DNA of 64,000 nt. It comes from Mobula hypostoma. Lineage: Eukaryota. Position 1 is the first letter of the stretch. Each line of letters begins with the position of its first letter. A model generated the notes under the pieces. The model saw nothing but the letters and a program-made list of their open reading frames with translations. It was not told the origin of the DNA and searched no databases. Both the position numbers and the translations under genes were made by a program. The stretch covers positions 14,570,001 through 14,634,000 of the forward strand of contig NC_086097.1 in the NCBI RefSeq assembly GCF_963921235.1, in the 5' to 3' direction. Below, in pieces: positions 1-13,672 of this stretch.

Positions 1-99
1 CTAGAGTCATAGAGTCACAGAGCAAAGATACAGGCCCTTCAGCCCATCTAATCCATGCCAAACTATTCCCGTCATCTTTTTGTACCTAGTTCCACAGAC

Positions 100-1560
100 C
101 CGCCAACCTGTAAATTGCTTCAAATTCCATTTGTATTGACCAACTTGCTGAGGCAACGTTTTCTGAAAATCCAAGCACACCACATCCACTGGTTTCCCCC
201 CCTCACCTATTTCACTGGACACATTCTCAAAATGATTTCCCTGCCATAATTTGTGTCACCTTTGCTCAGTATTAATATTTTCTACGTTCCTGGATATCAG
301 CTTCTTCACCCTTACTTCTACTCATTTGCCCATCCACTGATGTCAGAGCTACCTTCCAATTTGCAGGAACCATTCCAGAATTCATAGAGTTTTAGAAGAT
401 GATAACCGGAACATCCCTTTCGCTTGGGGCGATACGGTAGCACAGTGGTTAGCACATTGCTTTACAGTGCCTGCAAACTGGGTTCACTTCCCGTCGCTGC
501 TCGTAAGGAGTTTGTACTTCTCCCCGTGATTGTGTGGGTTTCCTCCGGGTGCTCTGGTTTCCTCCCACAGTCCAAAGACGTACCGTTTGGTAGGTTAACT
601 GATCATTGTAAATTGTCCTGTGATTAGGCTAGGACTAAACTGAACGACTGCTGGGTGGCGTGGCTCAAAGGGCCAGAAGGGTTAAATCTGCACTGTATCT
701 CAATAAATAAAATAAATAAAAAATAAACATTCTCTATCTGTAAGGTCTCCTTTTCAAAAACTCTAGAATGCAAGTCATCAGGTACCTGGGATTTATGAGT
801 TTTCCGATTCTTTAAAGTAGTGTTTGTTTTCTAATACTAATTTCTTTGACTTATTCATTTGAGCTGGACTTTTGCTCACCAGAATTTCTGGGAGACTTTT
901 TTTTTGCATTTTCTTCCATGGACAGTTAGAACACATTGTTTCATTTCTCTGCCAATTCCTTATTTGATCATAAATTCCCCTGCTTGTAAGGGACCTTTTG
1001 CCTTGTTTCTATTTACAAACTTATGTCTAGAAGCCTTTGCTGTATTTTAAAGAAATCTTGTTAGTTTACTCTAATTTTATTTCTCTTTCTTAATCAATCT
1101 GTGGTTCATCCTTTGCTGCATTCTAATACAGTTTTAATCCTTAAGTTTTTCTGGCAACTTTATGGGCTTTTTTTCCTTTAGATTTAATATCATCTTTAAT
1201 TTCTCCTGCAATCCATGCTTGCACTATTTTCTGTTGTGTCTTTGTGCCTTAAAGGAATGCGTTTACACTGAAAACCGTGTATTATTTCTTGAGAAGTTAG
1301 CCGTTGCCTATCCACTTTAATACTCTTCCCAGACACCAGAAGCTAACATTCCCCAAGCTACCTCCGTGCTTTCCTTTATTTAGATCGGAAACCCTGGTTT
1401 CAGATTGCACTACATCCCTTCAGAACTGAATGTAAAATTCCATCAGATTATGGTCAGTCTGTCCTTGGAAGTCGCTTTACAAGATTATTAATTAAGCCTT
1501 TCCCATTAAACAGTAAAATTGCTTGTTCACCAACACAGTGATTCTGAAATCCACACAGTA
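100..1560 (-). mobile_element. Old degenerate CR1-like LINE ORF2 remnant, interrupted by a V-SINE
   Basis: The minus-strand translation contains GKPVDVVCLDFQK (CR1 RT motif); the degenerate T-rich sequence continues after the SINE. Confidence 0.55.
426..727 (+). mobile_element. V-SINE (HE1-like) tRNA-derived SINE
   Basis: tRNA-like A/B boxes (tagcacagtgg, ggttcacttcc), V-domain (gtttgtacttctccccgtg...gggtttcctccgggtgctctggtttcctcccacagtccaaagac), CR1-like 3' end and (ataaa)n tail. Confidence 0.85.
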
Positions 1561-4169
1561 ACTACTCCAATATTAGAATTTCATTATTAGTACTAATTTG
1601 ATTTTAGATTAATAGTCCCCTCCCCACAAATGTCAAAAATCCTAGAATATTTAGCTGTCACTTTTGGTTACCAGACAGCCATATTTTCTTCAATGGAAAT
1701 TTTCAGTAAAATTAATCAGATCTATTTGACAGCTATCTTTGCGATTAATTCACATACCTTGCTGTAAATTTAGCTATAGATAGATTCAGATATAGTGTCT
1801 TTTTTTATATTTGGCTTTGTAACATTTTTCCACACTCTAATCTCATTCACTGCTCGTCTTTGCTGTTTAATTTGCTTAGCAGGTTTTTTTTTTAAAACTC
1901 CGCTTTCAGCTTTGTTTCGCTTCTTCCTCACTCCGTTCCCACTCCCTTGGCAATTTAAATCCTCCGGCTTGCAGCCGATACTCAGTGATCTGTGCGGCAC
2001 AAAATTCCAGAGGATGCTCCTCCAGCAGCCGAGCTCCTTTCATCCGATGGATTGGTTACACTGTTGTACCATTGTGCAGGTACAACGCGTTTGCCTACAA
2101 TCAAGCCCCTTCATTTTGGGGGGGGGGTGTAAATGGAAGAATGAGATGGGACATCTCTTTTACTGAACCTTTCATCGGCAGGACAACTGCTTACAAAGAA
2201 CACAGAAACTTAAGTCACTCCCTTTATTGAACAGCACTTTGACTCCAGCATTCATACCAGTTGATATTTGAGTGATAGCGTACTCCTGTCACTAAAAGCA
2301 CAGGTGTGTGTGTGCAAATGAATCAGTGTATTTATCAATGTGTATGAATTAATGGTGATGTGGGAGCATGTCAGACGGTTGGTACAGTACGATCTAATCA
2401 GGAAAAAATATCTCCGTTTTGTACTGGAGTGTGGTAAACCAATAGAAAATTCACTAGAGTATCATGATTACTCCCCTCCCAAAGAAAAGCTCAGTAATTT
2501 AATGTACAATTACCGATGGAACACCTCCTTTCAGGGAAGAGGGTAGGAGAAATCTTCCAAAAAGGTTTAAATCGCATCCTGCAGCCAGTGTAGGTTCCAA
2601 AAGGACACTACAGACTTGTGGGATTAAATCAGAATTGTCGTCATGTACATTCCTGTAGAAACTAATATATTTAATTCTCTGCAACAAGAAAAATATTACA
2701 TGCCAGCAATTTATTTTTTTTTAGAAAAGGCTTCAGCTCTGCTTTTTGAGACTGATCATTATTATTCAACAACTGAATCCTAATAGGAGGAGGCTATTTA
2801 TAGAAATATTGCAAACATCAGTAAAACAAATGCGTTCACAATTTCACTGCAAAAAAACAGGCAGAGAAAATCTCCTATCCCTACCAGCTTCACCACTCTT
2901 GAATCTATTAGTGGAAAACACATGCATTCAGTCTGGCTGCTTTATTTTCAGGAATAGTGTTTTGGTATTTTTAAAAGATGAAGAACCAGTCCAAGCTGTT
3001 TGTGTGCTATCATTATTACTTTATGTAGCCGGGTTTCTTGTTGAGTATTGTGAATGAAATAGAAGCGGCTAGGGTGGAGAAGCTGGGAGGCAGGGGAGGG
3101 AAGAGAAAAAGGCATCCATCAAATTTCTCATCCTGACCAGTCTTCATTTTGGGCCACAAAATTCGATGACATTTGGCTTTAGTAACAGAGCTGGGTCATC
3201 GCCACATATCGCAGCTTCCTCCATCCCGACCCTCTGAGAATCCAAATGGATTCATACATGAGTAATACTGCAATCTATCGACAAAATGTCACTCTGTCTC
3301 ATCCAATTCCAGGCAAAAGTGAAGGATTTGGAGATGCAGAGTTTATTGCTGCAGGGCTTCAAGGAAATATCTCACAGGATATTATTTGAAGGATCCTAAC
3401 AAGGGCCTCATTTATTTATTAAAACTTTCTCCTGTGACAATACACTTTTTCCTGCCAGTCAACCATGTTCAACCCCAAAGCCAGTCCCAGTTAACAGGAC
3501 TTTCCCCATTAAATGGTCTTCAACTTGAAATGTTAACCCTATTTCTCTTCCTGTGGATACCGACTGACCGACTGAGTATAGCTAGTGTTTACTGTTTTTA
3601 TTTTAGACCCAGCAATGTCAGTAATTTTTTTAAAATTTTGATTTGCTCTCATGTGAATCTCTTTCTTATAGAGCTCTGCAAATCTAGTGTCCTCAAATGC
3701 AAGACAATCACGATTAACTCCAACAGAGAATCCAGGCAAAAACTCCCCGGCTATGAAGTGGCTCTGACTTGAAACGTACTGGCAAAAATCGTTCTTCTAA
3801 GGGGAAGGTGAGTAAAGGAGGACGAAAGCAACCAATTGCTGTGTTAAGAGGATGAAATAAATCTCTTTCCGGCTTTCTGTGCTGGTAAAGTTGCTGATAC
3901 ATTGAATGGTCCAATCCTAAGCCTCACATCTTTACAAACTGGCTATTGGTCTAGTAGCACAGCCTGAGATACTAAACTGGCAATCCAGAGGCCTGCAATA
4001 ATGCTCCACAAATGGCTCAAATCCCACATCATCCTTATTTAATCACTATAATAAGTACACATAGATATCTAGATGTTTGGGGGCCAAAAGGCAAGCTGGA
4101 GCTGTGGGGGGTTCTCTACATACCAGTATGTTCATCTAATCAAATTAGGCTTGAAAAGAATTTGACATT

Positions 4170-4474
4170 TATTTACTTGATAACTTACTAAATTTACTGA
4201 TATACAGCACGGAATAGACCCTTTCAGACCTTCAAGCCGTGCCACCCAGCAATCCTCCGATCTAACCCGAATCTTATCATGGGACAATTTACACTGACCA
4301 ATTAACCTAGCAACAGGTAAATCGTTGGACTGTGGGAGGAAACCAGAGCACCCAGAGGAAACCCACGTGGTCACGGGGAGAACATACAAACTCCTTACAG
4401 GCAGCAGTGGGAATTGAACCTGGGTCACCAGTGCCATAAAGCATGGTGCTAACCACTATGCTACCGTGCCACCC
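4170..4474 (-). mobile_element. V-SINE (HE1-like)
   Basis: Reverse complement of the 426-727 family. Confidence 0.85.
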
Positions 4475-4759
4475 ACTTCACATGAAGCAATGAAATTCTA
4501 TAACATAACACCTACTTATTAATTGAATAATTAGGAAATTTCAAAGTTTATAGATTTTAAAAATCAACCCGAATATCACAGAAGGAAAAAATAAAAAAAA
4601 GTTAAATGCATGTTAAACCCAATGAAAGGGTCTTCCTAAAATGGAAGTCCTATAACAGCTTTAGTGGGGAGGTAATGGGTGGGGTTGTGGGTAGCATCTT
4701 ATATACCAGTGCAACTAATGGATTGATTTTTGTCTGGAATAAAAAGATAACAGAGATGA

Positions 4760-5000
4760 TTATGGAACTAACGGATTGTCATAAAAGCCCCTGCAATTCA
4801 CTAATGTTCTTGCGGAAGGAAATCTACTATCCTTACCCATTCTGGCTTCTATATGATCCCAGACCCACAGCACTGTGGTTAATTTTTAACTGCTCTCAAA
4901 AATGCTTTGCTAGCCACTCACTTTAAGATAATTAGGGATGGCCAGCAAGTGCTGACCTTGCTGGTGACGTCCACATCCTGTGAATGAATTGGAAAAAAAG
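4760..5000 (+). mobile_element. Elasmobranch SINE-like repeat, 3' part (5' part probably at about 3945-4030; short copy at 51495-51550)
   Basis: aattagggatggccagcaagtgctgaccttgctggtgacgtccacatcc is shared with 51500-51550. Confidence 0.45.
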
Positions 5001-5194
5001 CTGCAATAAAACGCAGCTCCATTCTTCAAATGGCTTGTGAGATAAAGACACCGGATAGAGGACAATGTGTAATGTCTCCATCAGCTGCTGGATAAGTTCA
5101 CCTTCATACAAATTCTGAGAAGGTGCAGTAAGAAGTCATCACCTTGCCGATCAAATCCACATTCAAAGTACTTTGGCCAAATTCACAGACTTCA

Positions 5195-5740
5195 TTCAAA
5201 GTTCAAAGTAAATTTATCATCAAAATATGTACTCTATATGTTACTACCTTGAGATTAATTTTCTTGCAGGTACTTACAGGACAAAATAAATACTGGAGAA
5301 CTTACAAAACACTGTTCATAAAGAGACAAAGACTGACAAATTCCAACGGCGAAAGAAAACAACTTGTGCAAATAAAAAGCAATATAGAGAATATGAGTTG
5401 TAATGAGTCCTAAAAAATGAGTTTGTAGGTTGTAGAATCAATTCAGAGTTGTGGAAAATAAAGTTATCCATGACGGTTCCGGAGCCTGATGGTTGTAGGG
5501 TAATAACTGTTCCTGAACCTGGTGGTGTGAGACATATGGCCTCTGTACCTCCTGCCCGATGGTAGTAGTGAGAAGAGTGTGTGGCCTGAATGTTGGGGGT
5601 GTTTGATGACGGATGGGTGCTACTTTCTTGTGGCAGTGCTCCATATAAAAAGGTGGGGAGGTCTTTGCCTGTGATGGACGCCACTGTATTCTACACTTTC
5701 TGTAGTTTTTCCCTTCCTGAGCATTGGTGCTTCCATATCA
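5195..5740 (-). mobile_element. Rex1/Babar-like LINE 3' fragment
   Basis: HCHKKVAPI...HTLLTTTIGQEVQ region and a (ttcaaag) tail. Confidence 0.7.
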
Positions 5741-8700
5741 GGGTCTTCATTTTTTAAGAAGCTGTTTGATGATGTTTCTGGTACAGGTCACGAAACTAAA
5801 AGAAGACATTCCCCTCAAAACATCGGGAAAAACAAATTCCCTCAATTTTTGTGATACTGTACCTTTAACAGTGGACAACTATATGTCTCTCTTGCTCCTT
5901 ATTATGTCTTGTCCTCTCTCCTTCATCTCTAGCCTTTCCTCTCTGTGCAAAGCTTGACCCTCAATGGCCCACATTACAAGTTTATATAGACAGAAAACAA
6001 GAACCTGTTCAGCTTCATTGACGTACTTTTCAGCCTCTAGTGATCTACACTGGTTGTGTCCACTGTTAGAAACACATGGACATTTGCCAGCTCTGCCGAC
6101 ATCAACCCAAACCATTAACCTTGTATTTTCTCTCTTCGTAGAGGCCGCTTGCTGATTATTTCCAGCCTTGTATTTATCTCAGAAATTTTGCTGGCAATAG
6201 TTAACTGCAGGAATAAGATAAATCAAGCCAGGCAAACAAGAAAATCAAAATATCTACAGGTATGCACAAGCTCCGTTTGAATTCCCTCCCCACCTGAATC
6301 TCCAACAGGACTTTCTTACTGAATACGATCCTCTAAATCCCATTGTTTAATGCATAGCTAGGAGTTTCACTAGTCAACCATTCAATGACTAACTTTAAAA
6401 TAAATATAAATAATGCATTAATGAATGGATCTTTTATAGATGGGAGGTACTTCCCACCCAGGAGAGGGAATAGGCTGTGGTAACACTGTAGAGCACATTT
6501 TCATCGCAATGGTTCCAATGAAATATTTTTTATATAAGTTCCTTGCAAGAAGTGGTATGGGAATGAGCCATTCACCACACACGTGGGAAAAGCTTTTTAA
6601 GTCATTCAGTCGCAAAGGCTGTTGTACCACTCAATGAAATCATGGCATACCATATCCCCGCACCATCCCACAAAGTTGGCTCCCTATCCTCCCCCCACCC
6701 CAAATCTTTTGTCCAGAAACAAAAGATTCTTAAACTCAAATTTAAAATGATTAGGCATTACTGGCATTTCCTTCTTGTGGGAGTGTTTGCCTCTACTTTC
6801 ACCTAGCGTTTGGAAAAAAATAGGCATTATCTGATTTTAAAAGGCAGGGAGGAAAGGAATTGTCCTGTGCTCCTGTCCCAGTCATTAATCTTTGTGTTAA
6901 CATTATTGATCCTTTTTGAAACTCCAGAAAGCCACGGTCAAATCACTTCCTCACCTACTTCCCAGAGAACAGGAGCTAGGTCGATGTCATCACTTCTCCT
7001 AATCTGACCCTTGGATTCCCCTGGTCATACTGAGAGCGCAGGATGTAAAACATAGGTAGACACTCTTCCCCCTCACCCCCCATCCCTCAGAATGAAGACA
7101 TTGGAGAATTGAGTTGAGGCTTCGCTGGCACAAAAAGGCTCTCGATTCACGCCTGCCCACATCCTAACCTCATCCCCGAGCCGTGTCAGGCCTCCTATTT
7201 TTAACAACTGATCTAATCACTTTCATCTCCTTTCGCTGGTCATCAAAAATTCCCCATGTACTGGAACTGCTTTAAAGTGCTACTTACAATACTGCATTAA
7301 AAATTAATTACACATGGCATTTTATTGATAGTGCATATCTTAATGAGCACCAGCTGTGTGCAGCAACCAAACTCAATTTAAAGACAGCAATAAAAAAAAA
7401 CAGGCTTCCATCTCCCCCCCTCTCTCCTGCACCCCCCAACCCCAAACTCCCTTTCATAGTCAAAATGTCAACATCTTGCATGGATTTAAAACAGAGAACT
7501 TTGATTTAGTACTAAATTTAGACAGGTTTTTGAAGAGCTGCACGGATTCTGTCCTGGCGCTTTAGGAGCGTGGAGTTTTGTTAATCTACATTTAAAGCAG
7601 CTTATTGAAGTCCCTGGAGGGCATGGTGTTGTGTGTCTCGCGTCCGAATAAACAACTGATATGTACACTGCAGGTTAAGGGTTTTTAAAAAAAATTTAAA
7701 AACAGCCGATTAAACATTTCTCTTTAAAGAACTGGACAAGACGGAAAAGATTTTCCACATTTTTTAAAAAATCCTAATCCAATTTCTTCCATGGTTTATT
7801 TGCCAAAAAAGAGAAGTCAAAATAAATTTATGTACTTGATACAATTTAGATTTACTCCATATGGAGTGCAAGATTTCTGATTAAATCCACATCTCCCCCT
7901 CGATTATTTTTCCGATATTTTCATTAGGATGCTGGTTCCACAGAGTAGTAATGCAAAGGAATTCCTTTCATGTGCCAATTTCTCAGAGCGTTTTTTCTTC
8001 CTCTGCCTCTTTTCCGAACGTATCAGCTTCACACGGGGCTGACATTTGCGTTGCCAGACATTATCCGAAGGGAGAGGTTTGCAGCAAGGCTGACTGGCTG
8101 AGTTTAACCGAGACGGAGGGAGTATGGCTTTACCGACACACCTAATCTGATCACTATCCATTCCCCCCACCCCCCCCCACCAGATTTCCGCTGGTGGAAG
8201 GTTCTACCACTGGCTGACCAGAGGTGTGGAATCTGGAGCCAGTGAGCCCAGGGCAATGCCATGTGTCCTATCGCTAGTCAGGCAGAGATTCAGCAGAGGC
8301 TCTCTGGGAGCCAGCCTGACCTTGACAGATGACCTGTACAAGGAATAATCTCCGTGGGTGAAATAGAGCGCAGCAGGTCAATTGCAGTGAAAACAAAATC
8401 AAGTTCAACCGCCTCCAGTACGGGCTTTAACACACACTGAATGACAAGCTCCAGAATACGTCTCCAACCTCAGCCATAAAAAGCAGGGCAAGTCTGACCG
8501 TAACTTACAAGGGGTTCTTCACCTGAGTAAAGTGACTGCAAATAAGTGAGTCACTCGTGCTTCCGATTTAGTGAGCTATCGTGACAGAACACCCGCAACA
8601 CGGGGTCATTGCTGCAATATCTTATACTTCTCGTTGACTGGCCAGCTTTAGAAATAGTCATAATTTATTCCACACACAGAACATAACTCACAGATGTGCT

Positions 8701-9019
8701 GCAGAGACTCTCGGGCATTCATAACCTGGCAACAGGACAGGACTAAATGTTGTTTATAGAAAAATCTGCCTTATTCATAATAACCTTATACGTAATTCAC
8801 TAACTTGCTCTGGGACATGAAAGGTGCCACATAAAGACAGAGTAGTTTAGTAGCTCTTATTTCTTCTTCTACATTTAAATTCTATTAGTTACGTAGAATA
8901 GATCTATACACACTTTTGTTCTTGATCCAACTTCTCTTTGGCATCTGCAAATCCTTTCTACGTTCAGGAAGAGATGTAAAGAAAGTAATAAAGTTAACTA
9001 TTTCAAAATCTCTCTACTT

Positions 9020-9240
9020 GGAGCAGAAAATGCTAGAAAAAAAACTCAGCAAGTCAGGCAGCATCTGTAGAAGAGAAACGGTTAACATTTCCGAATCCGA
9101 CAAAAGACCACAGACGTGAAACATTAACTGCTTCTCTTCCCTCAGATGCTGCTTGAATTGCTGAGTCTTCCCCGCACCCCCCAGAATTTTCTGTTATTGT
9201 TTCAGATTTCCAGAAATTGCAGGTTTTTTTAAAATTTTAC
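9020..9240. mobile_element. Degenerate palindromic Penelope-derived element (similar remnants at 3500-3640, 9925-10060, 22295-22420, 23100-23320, 26965-27065, 32425-32515)
   Basis: actcagcaagtcaggcagcatctgt ... cagatgctgcttgaattgctgagt inverted arms. Confidence 0.55.
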
Positions 9241-10359
9241 TTTCAAAATCTTCAGTCCTTCTTGGAACTACTCCTTCTTTGTTACATTTTCTTCTAAGGG
9301 TCTCTGCCTCTGATTCTCAACACTGATACACAAACAAAGCTAATTTCTCCTTTGTCCCAAATGGATGAGTGTATCTCCATCTACCCAGGAGACGATCAGA
9401 ATGTCCAAACTTGTCCATTAGGCTTCATCTTGAGATCTTGTATCCCAAAAATAGCTCGGATACCACAAGGGGGCTTGCACTACCCAATGCTCGCACTGAA
9501 TAGCACTCAATAGAATCTGAGTCTTGGTCACACCAATCAATGTCTCCCAAAATTTGATCTACCCCGGAATCTGATCATCAGGCCAAATGGCCCAAACTCT
9601 GCTCAGCCTGCTACCCACCTCTTTTCATACAACGAGCTTGTCTTAAACTTGTCGACATTTCTTCAAAACAAAGTAAGGGTTAGACAAATGAATCGTACAG
9701 CTCTGTAAACTTGTTCACATGCACAGGTTTGTACAAACTAGCTTTGAATCGGACCTTGTCCATATTAAGCTCTGCCACGGATGGTCTCAAGTCCGGCGGC
9801 AAAAAGGAGAAGGGTTGGATTGTGGGGCTAGCTAGCCATCCCATAAAAACCAAGTGTGTGTGTGTTGCTGAAGATTTTCAGAGTCTGCAGAATCTCGTAC
9901 GTCTAGGTCAGGCACTTACCTGCAGCAAGACACAGAACGCTGGAGAGCTCAGGTGGTATAGAGGTAGGAAATAGATAGACAACCTTTCAGTCCAGATAGA
10001 TGCTGCCTTGACCTGAGGAGATCCTCCAGCATTTTGTGTGTGTTGCATCTAGATTTCAGTTGTGTTAACTAGTGTCACTGTCACTGGGAATTGCCAGACT
10101 GCTAGTGGGGCACAACAGGTCAGAAGTTATATTTATAAGTGAAATGTTTATATTTATAAGTAAAATGTTCTCAGTCCACTGGATCTTACTATTACAGTGG
10201 TAATTTTCAGTAGTACTGGAGTTCAATAGCAGCTGCAAAAGCACTGCTTGCAGACGGATCTTGGGTAGCTGGAAACAAGGGTGACAGCTCTTCCTGGGTA
10301 CCAGATGCACTGTCCCAGTGAGAAAGCCAGTCAAAATGGCGACCACTGGGTACTCGGAT

Positions 10360-10660
10360 GTTTCATGACTTTCTCTCCACTCTGCTCTCCTATCCGATTC
10401 CTTCCTCTCCAGCCCTTTATCTTTCCAACCTGCCTGGCTCCATCTATCATCTTCTAGCTATCCTCCTTCCACTACCCCCACCCCCCGACATTTCTAATCT
10501 GGTGTCTTCTCTCTTTCTTCTCAGTCCTGAAGAAGGTGTTCAGCCTGAAACGTTGACTGTTCATTCATTTTCGCAGATGCTGCCTGTCCTGCTGAGTTCC
10601 TCCGGCGTTTTGTGTGTGTGTTGCTCTGGATTTCCAGCAACTGCAGACCTTCTCGTGTTT
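10360..10660 (+). mobile_element. Penelope-like 3' UTR/pseudo-LTR fragment
   Basis: Pyrimidine-rich tract, hammerhead, then gatgctgcctgtcctgctgagttcctccggcgttttgtgtgt...ttccagca, paralleling 13400-13670. Confidence 0.7.
10522..10559 (+). ncRNA. Minimal type I hammerhead ribozyme motif (best-preserved copy)
   Basis: cagtc CTGAAGA AGG-tgttcag-CCT GAAA CG TT gactg: perfect 5-bp stem I, intact core, GUU triplet. Confidence 0.7.
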
Positions 10661-11504
10661 ATGCTTTGCGGCTGTCTCTTCTCTCATCACCCTGGAGGGA
10701 GCTCGACCCCTCACTCACGACCTAACATTGCACCAGTCAGAACACAGAAGAAAACGACTTGGAAAAGCAGAACAGAACAGAACGTGGGAGGCAGAGTTTA
10801 GCACATGTGCAGGGATAGGGGCAGCTCTGCCTCACAGCATGGGCGAGCTCGCAGATGACTTCAGCACATCCACGTCGAACAGGCTCCCTCTCCCTTCACC
10901 CACCCGGCCCCCTCCGCACGTGGCTTTGCATTTCATACTGCACCCAAAAAGTCTCCCTCATTTCCAAAGGTGTGGGGGAGGGAGGCAATCAAGTAACCAA
11001 CTAGAAAAGAACAACTTTCAACACTAAATACAAACATTTAAAAAATCCTTTGGAAGAGAAGATGACAGGGGGTATGCAATCACACTCTTTTTTGTAGTTA
11101 CTAAAATATATATTTTGAAATACCAAGTCAATTATAAGTAGAAGAATTGCTCTTTGTTAAATGGCTAATATGGTGGTACTCTAATAAAATCTCCAGCACT
11201 TCCCGGCAAAAGCAGTCCTACAGCCTCCCCTATGTGGGAACAGCGAGAGTGCTGCCTGAAACTGTGCATTCAGCAGCCGGCAACACTTCTCTCTCCCTGC
11301 AGGGTCCAGACTAGGTAAAATTAAATTAATTACCACACCCGTACAAATCCCCATTCCAGATTATTCATTTCAAATCGCTTCCTGGAGTGCAGTCAAGGGA
11401 AGCGGACAGGGGTGTTTGGGGGGGGGGTGCGGGATGGGGGGAAAACGCATAAAAAATCTTTTACGGGAAACTTTTACAGTTCAAATTAACTGGCAATAGG
11501 AAAT

Positions 11505-11730
11505 TATTTATTTATTTGTTTGTTGAGATGCTGTGCAGAAAAGCCCCTTCCAGCCCTTCAAACCACACTGTCCAGCAGTCCCCTGATTTAATCCAAGCCC
11601 AATCAAGGGGCAACTTACAACAACTGATTAGCCTATATCTTTGGTCTGTGGGAGGAAACCCACTCGGTCACGGGGAGAACGTACAAACTCCTTATGGGCA
11701 GCATCAGGAATCAAACCCGGGTCACCGGTA
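11505..11730 (-). mobile_element. V-SINE (HE1-like), degenerate
   Basis: ttggtctgtgggaggaaaccc...cacggggagaacgtacaaactcctta. Confidence 0.75.
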
Positions 11731-12210
11731 AGGAACAGCAAACTCTGAAAGGATTGATAAAACCCTGAGAGTCCAATGAGAGGTTTACCAACAAGAGCGG
11801 ATGATTGCAGTCAATGTGGGCTTCCTCCACCCTTTCCCAACACATCAGTGTTACCAGAAACTTTCACTAGAGCAGAGAGTGTTACCAACATTTTGGCAGT
11901 ACTTGAACAGGAAGATCCCATAACCATAAGATGCAGGAGCAGAATTAGGCCATCTGGCCCATCAAAATTGCTCTGCCATTCCATCATGGCTGATTTATTA
12001 TCCCCCTCAATCCCATTCTCCTGGCTTCTTCCCTCAACCTAATCAAGGACCTATCAACCTCTACTCCACAGCCATCTGTGGCAATGAATTCCACAGATTC
12101 ACCATACTATGGGTAAAAAAAAAACCTTCCTCATCCAAATGGACATCCCTCTATTTTGAGGTTGGTCCTGGACTGCCCCACTATAAGAAACATCCTCTCC
12201 ATGTCCATTT

Positions 12211-12960
12211 AGATGGTAGGGCATCGAAGAATGCAGTAGAACGACGGGATCTAGGAATAATGGTGCATAGTTCCCTGAAGCTGGAATCTCATGTGAATAT
12301 GGTGGTGAAGAAAGCTTTTGGTATGCTGGCCTTTATTAATCAGAGCATTGAGTATAGGAGTTGGGATGTAATGTTGAACTTGTATAAGGCATTGGTAAGG
12401 CCAAATTTGGAGTATTGTGTACAGTTCTAGTCACCAAATTATAGGAAAGATGTCAATAAAATTGAGAGAGTACAGAGGAGGTTTACGAAAATATTGCCTG
12501 GGTTTCATCTCCTAAGTTACAGAGAAAGGTTGAACAAGTTGGGTCTTTATTCTTTGGAGTTTAGAAGGTTGAGGGGGGACTTGATAGAGGTGTTTAAAAT
12601 TATAAGGGGGATGGATGGAGTTGACATGGATAGGCTTTTTCCATTGAGAGTGGGGGAGATTCAAACAAGAGGACATGAGTTGAGAGTTAACGGGTTGAAG
12701 TTTAGGGGTAACATGAGGGGGAACTTCTTTACTCAGAGAGTGGTAGCTGTGTGGAACGAGCTTCCACAAGTGGTTGAGGCAGGTTGGATGTTGTCGTTTA
12801 AAGTTAAATTGGATAGATATATGGACAGGAAAGGAATGGAGGGTTATGGGCTGAGTGCAGCTCAGTGGGACTAGGTGAGAGTAAGAGTTCGGCACGGACT
12901 AGAAGGGCTGAGATGGCCTGTTTCCGTGCTGTAATTGTTATATGTTTATATAATTGTTAT
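12211..12960 (+). mobile_element. CR1-clade (HER1-like) LINE, 5'-truncated 3' end, relatively young
   Basis: Encodes LYKALVRPNLEYCVQF*SP...LSYRERLNKLGLYSLEFRRLRGDLIEVFKI...TRGH...FFTQRVV.VWNELP, the CR1 ORF2 C-terminus. It has an in-frame stop at 12428-12430, a 3' UTR hairpin region and a tgttata-like tail. Confidence 0.9.
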
Positions 12961-12970
12961 TCTATCAAGG

Positions 12971-13672
12971 TCTCCCGATGTGGCCTTTTATATATTGGTG
13001 AGACCCGACGCAGACTGGGAGACCGCTTTGCTGAACATCTACGCTCTGTCCGCCAGAGAAAGCAGGATCTCCCAGTGGCCACACATTTTAATTCCACATC
13101 CCATTCCCATTCTGATATGTCTATCCACGGCCTCCTCTACTGTAAAGATGAAGCCACACTCAGGTTGGAGGAACAACACCTTATATTCCGTCTGGGTAGC
13201 CTCCAACCTGATGGCATGAACATTGACTTCTCTAACTTCCGCTAAGGCCCCACCTCCCCCTCGTACCCCATCTGTTACTCATTTTTATGAACACATTCTT
13301 TCTCTCACTCTCCTTTTTCTCCCTCTGTCCCTCTGAATATACCTCTTGCCCATCCTCTGGGTCACCCCCCCCTTGTCTTTCTTCCCGGACCTCCTGTCCC
13401 ATGATCCTCTCGTATCCCCTTTTGCCTATCACCTGTCCAGCTCTCGGCTCTATCCCTCCCCCTCCTGTCTTCTCCTATCATTTTGCATCTCCCCCTCCCC
13501 CTCCAGCTTTCAAATCCCTTACTCACTCTTCCTTCAGTTAGTCCTGACGAAGGGTCTCGGCCTGAAACGTCAACTGCGCCTCTTCCTATAGATGCTGCTT
13601 GGCCTGCTGCGTTCACCAGCAACTTTGATGTATGTTGCTTGAATTTCCAGCATCTGCAGTATTCCTGTTGTT
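12971..13672 (+). mobile_element. Penelope-like element 3' fragment: GIY-YIG endonuclease C-terminus plus pseudo-LTR/3' UTR with a hammerhead motif
   Basis: ORF ending at 13245 reads CGLLYIGETRRRLGDRFAEHLRSV...PVATHFNS..HSHSDM...RLEEQHLIFRLGSLQPDGMNIDF, the typical PLE GIY-YIG domain. It is followed by a pyrimidine-rich UTR and CTGACGA...GAAAC. Confidence 0.88.
13539..13576 (+). ncRNA. Minimal type I hammerhead ribozyme motif within the Penelope-like element
   Basis: tagtc CTGACGA AGG-gtctcgg-CCT GAAA CG TC aactg: intact core, 3-bp stem II, ACGT palindrome in place of stem III, GUC cleavage triplet, stem I with one mismatch. Confidence 0.7.

Noticed and set aside
426..500. tRNA gene
   Set aside because: The A/B boxes belong to a V-SINE head, and there is no complete cloverleaf.
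12494..13245. Adjacent ORFs read as one novel RT-GIY-YIG element
   Set aside because: The first is a CR1 ORF2 tail with its own 3' UTR and an upstream stop. The second is a separate PLE fragment, separated from it by a host-derived spacer.
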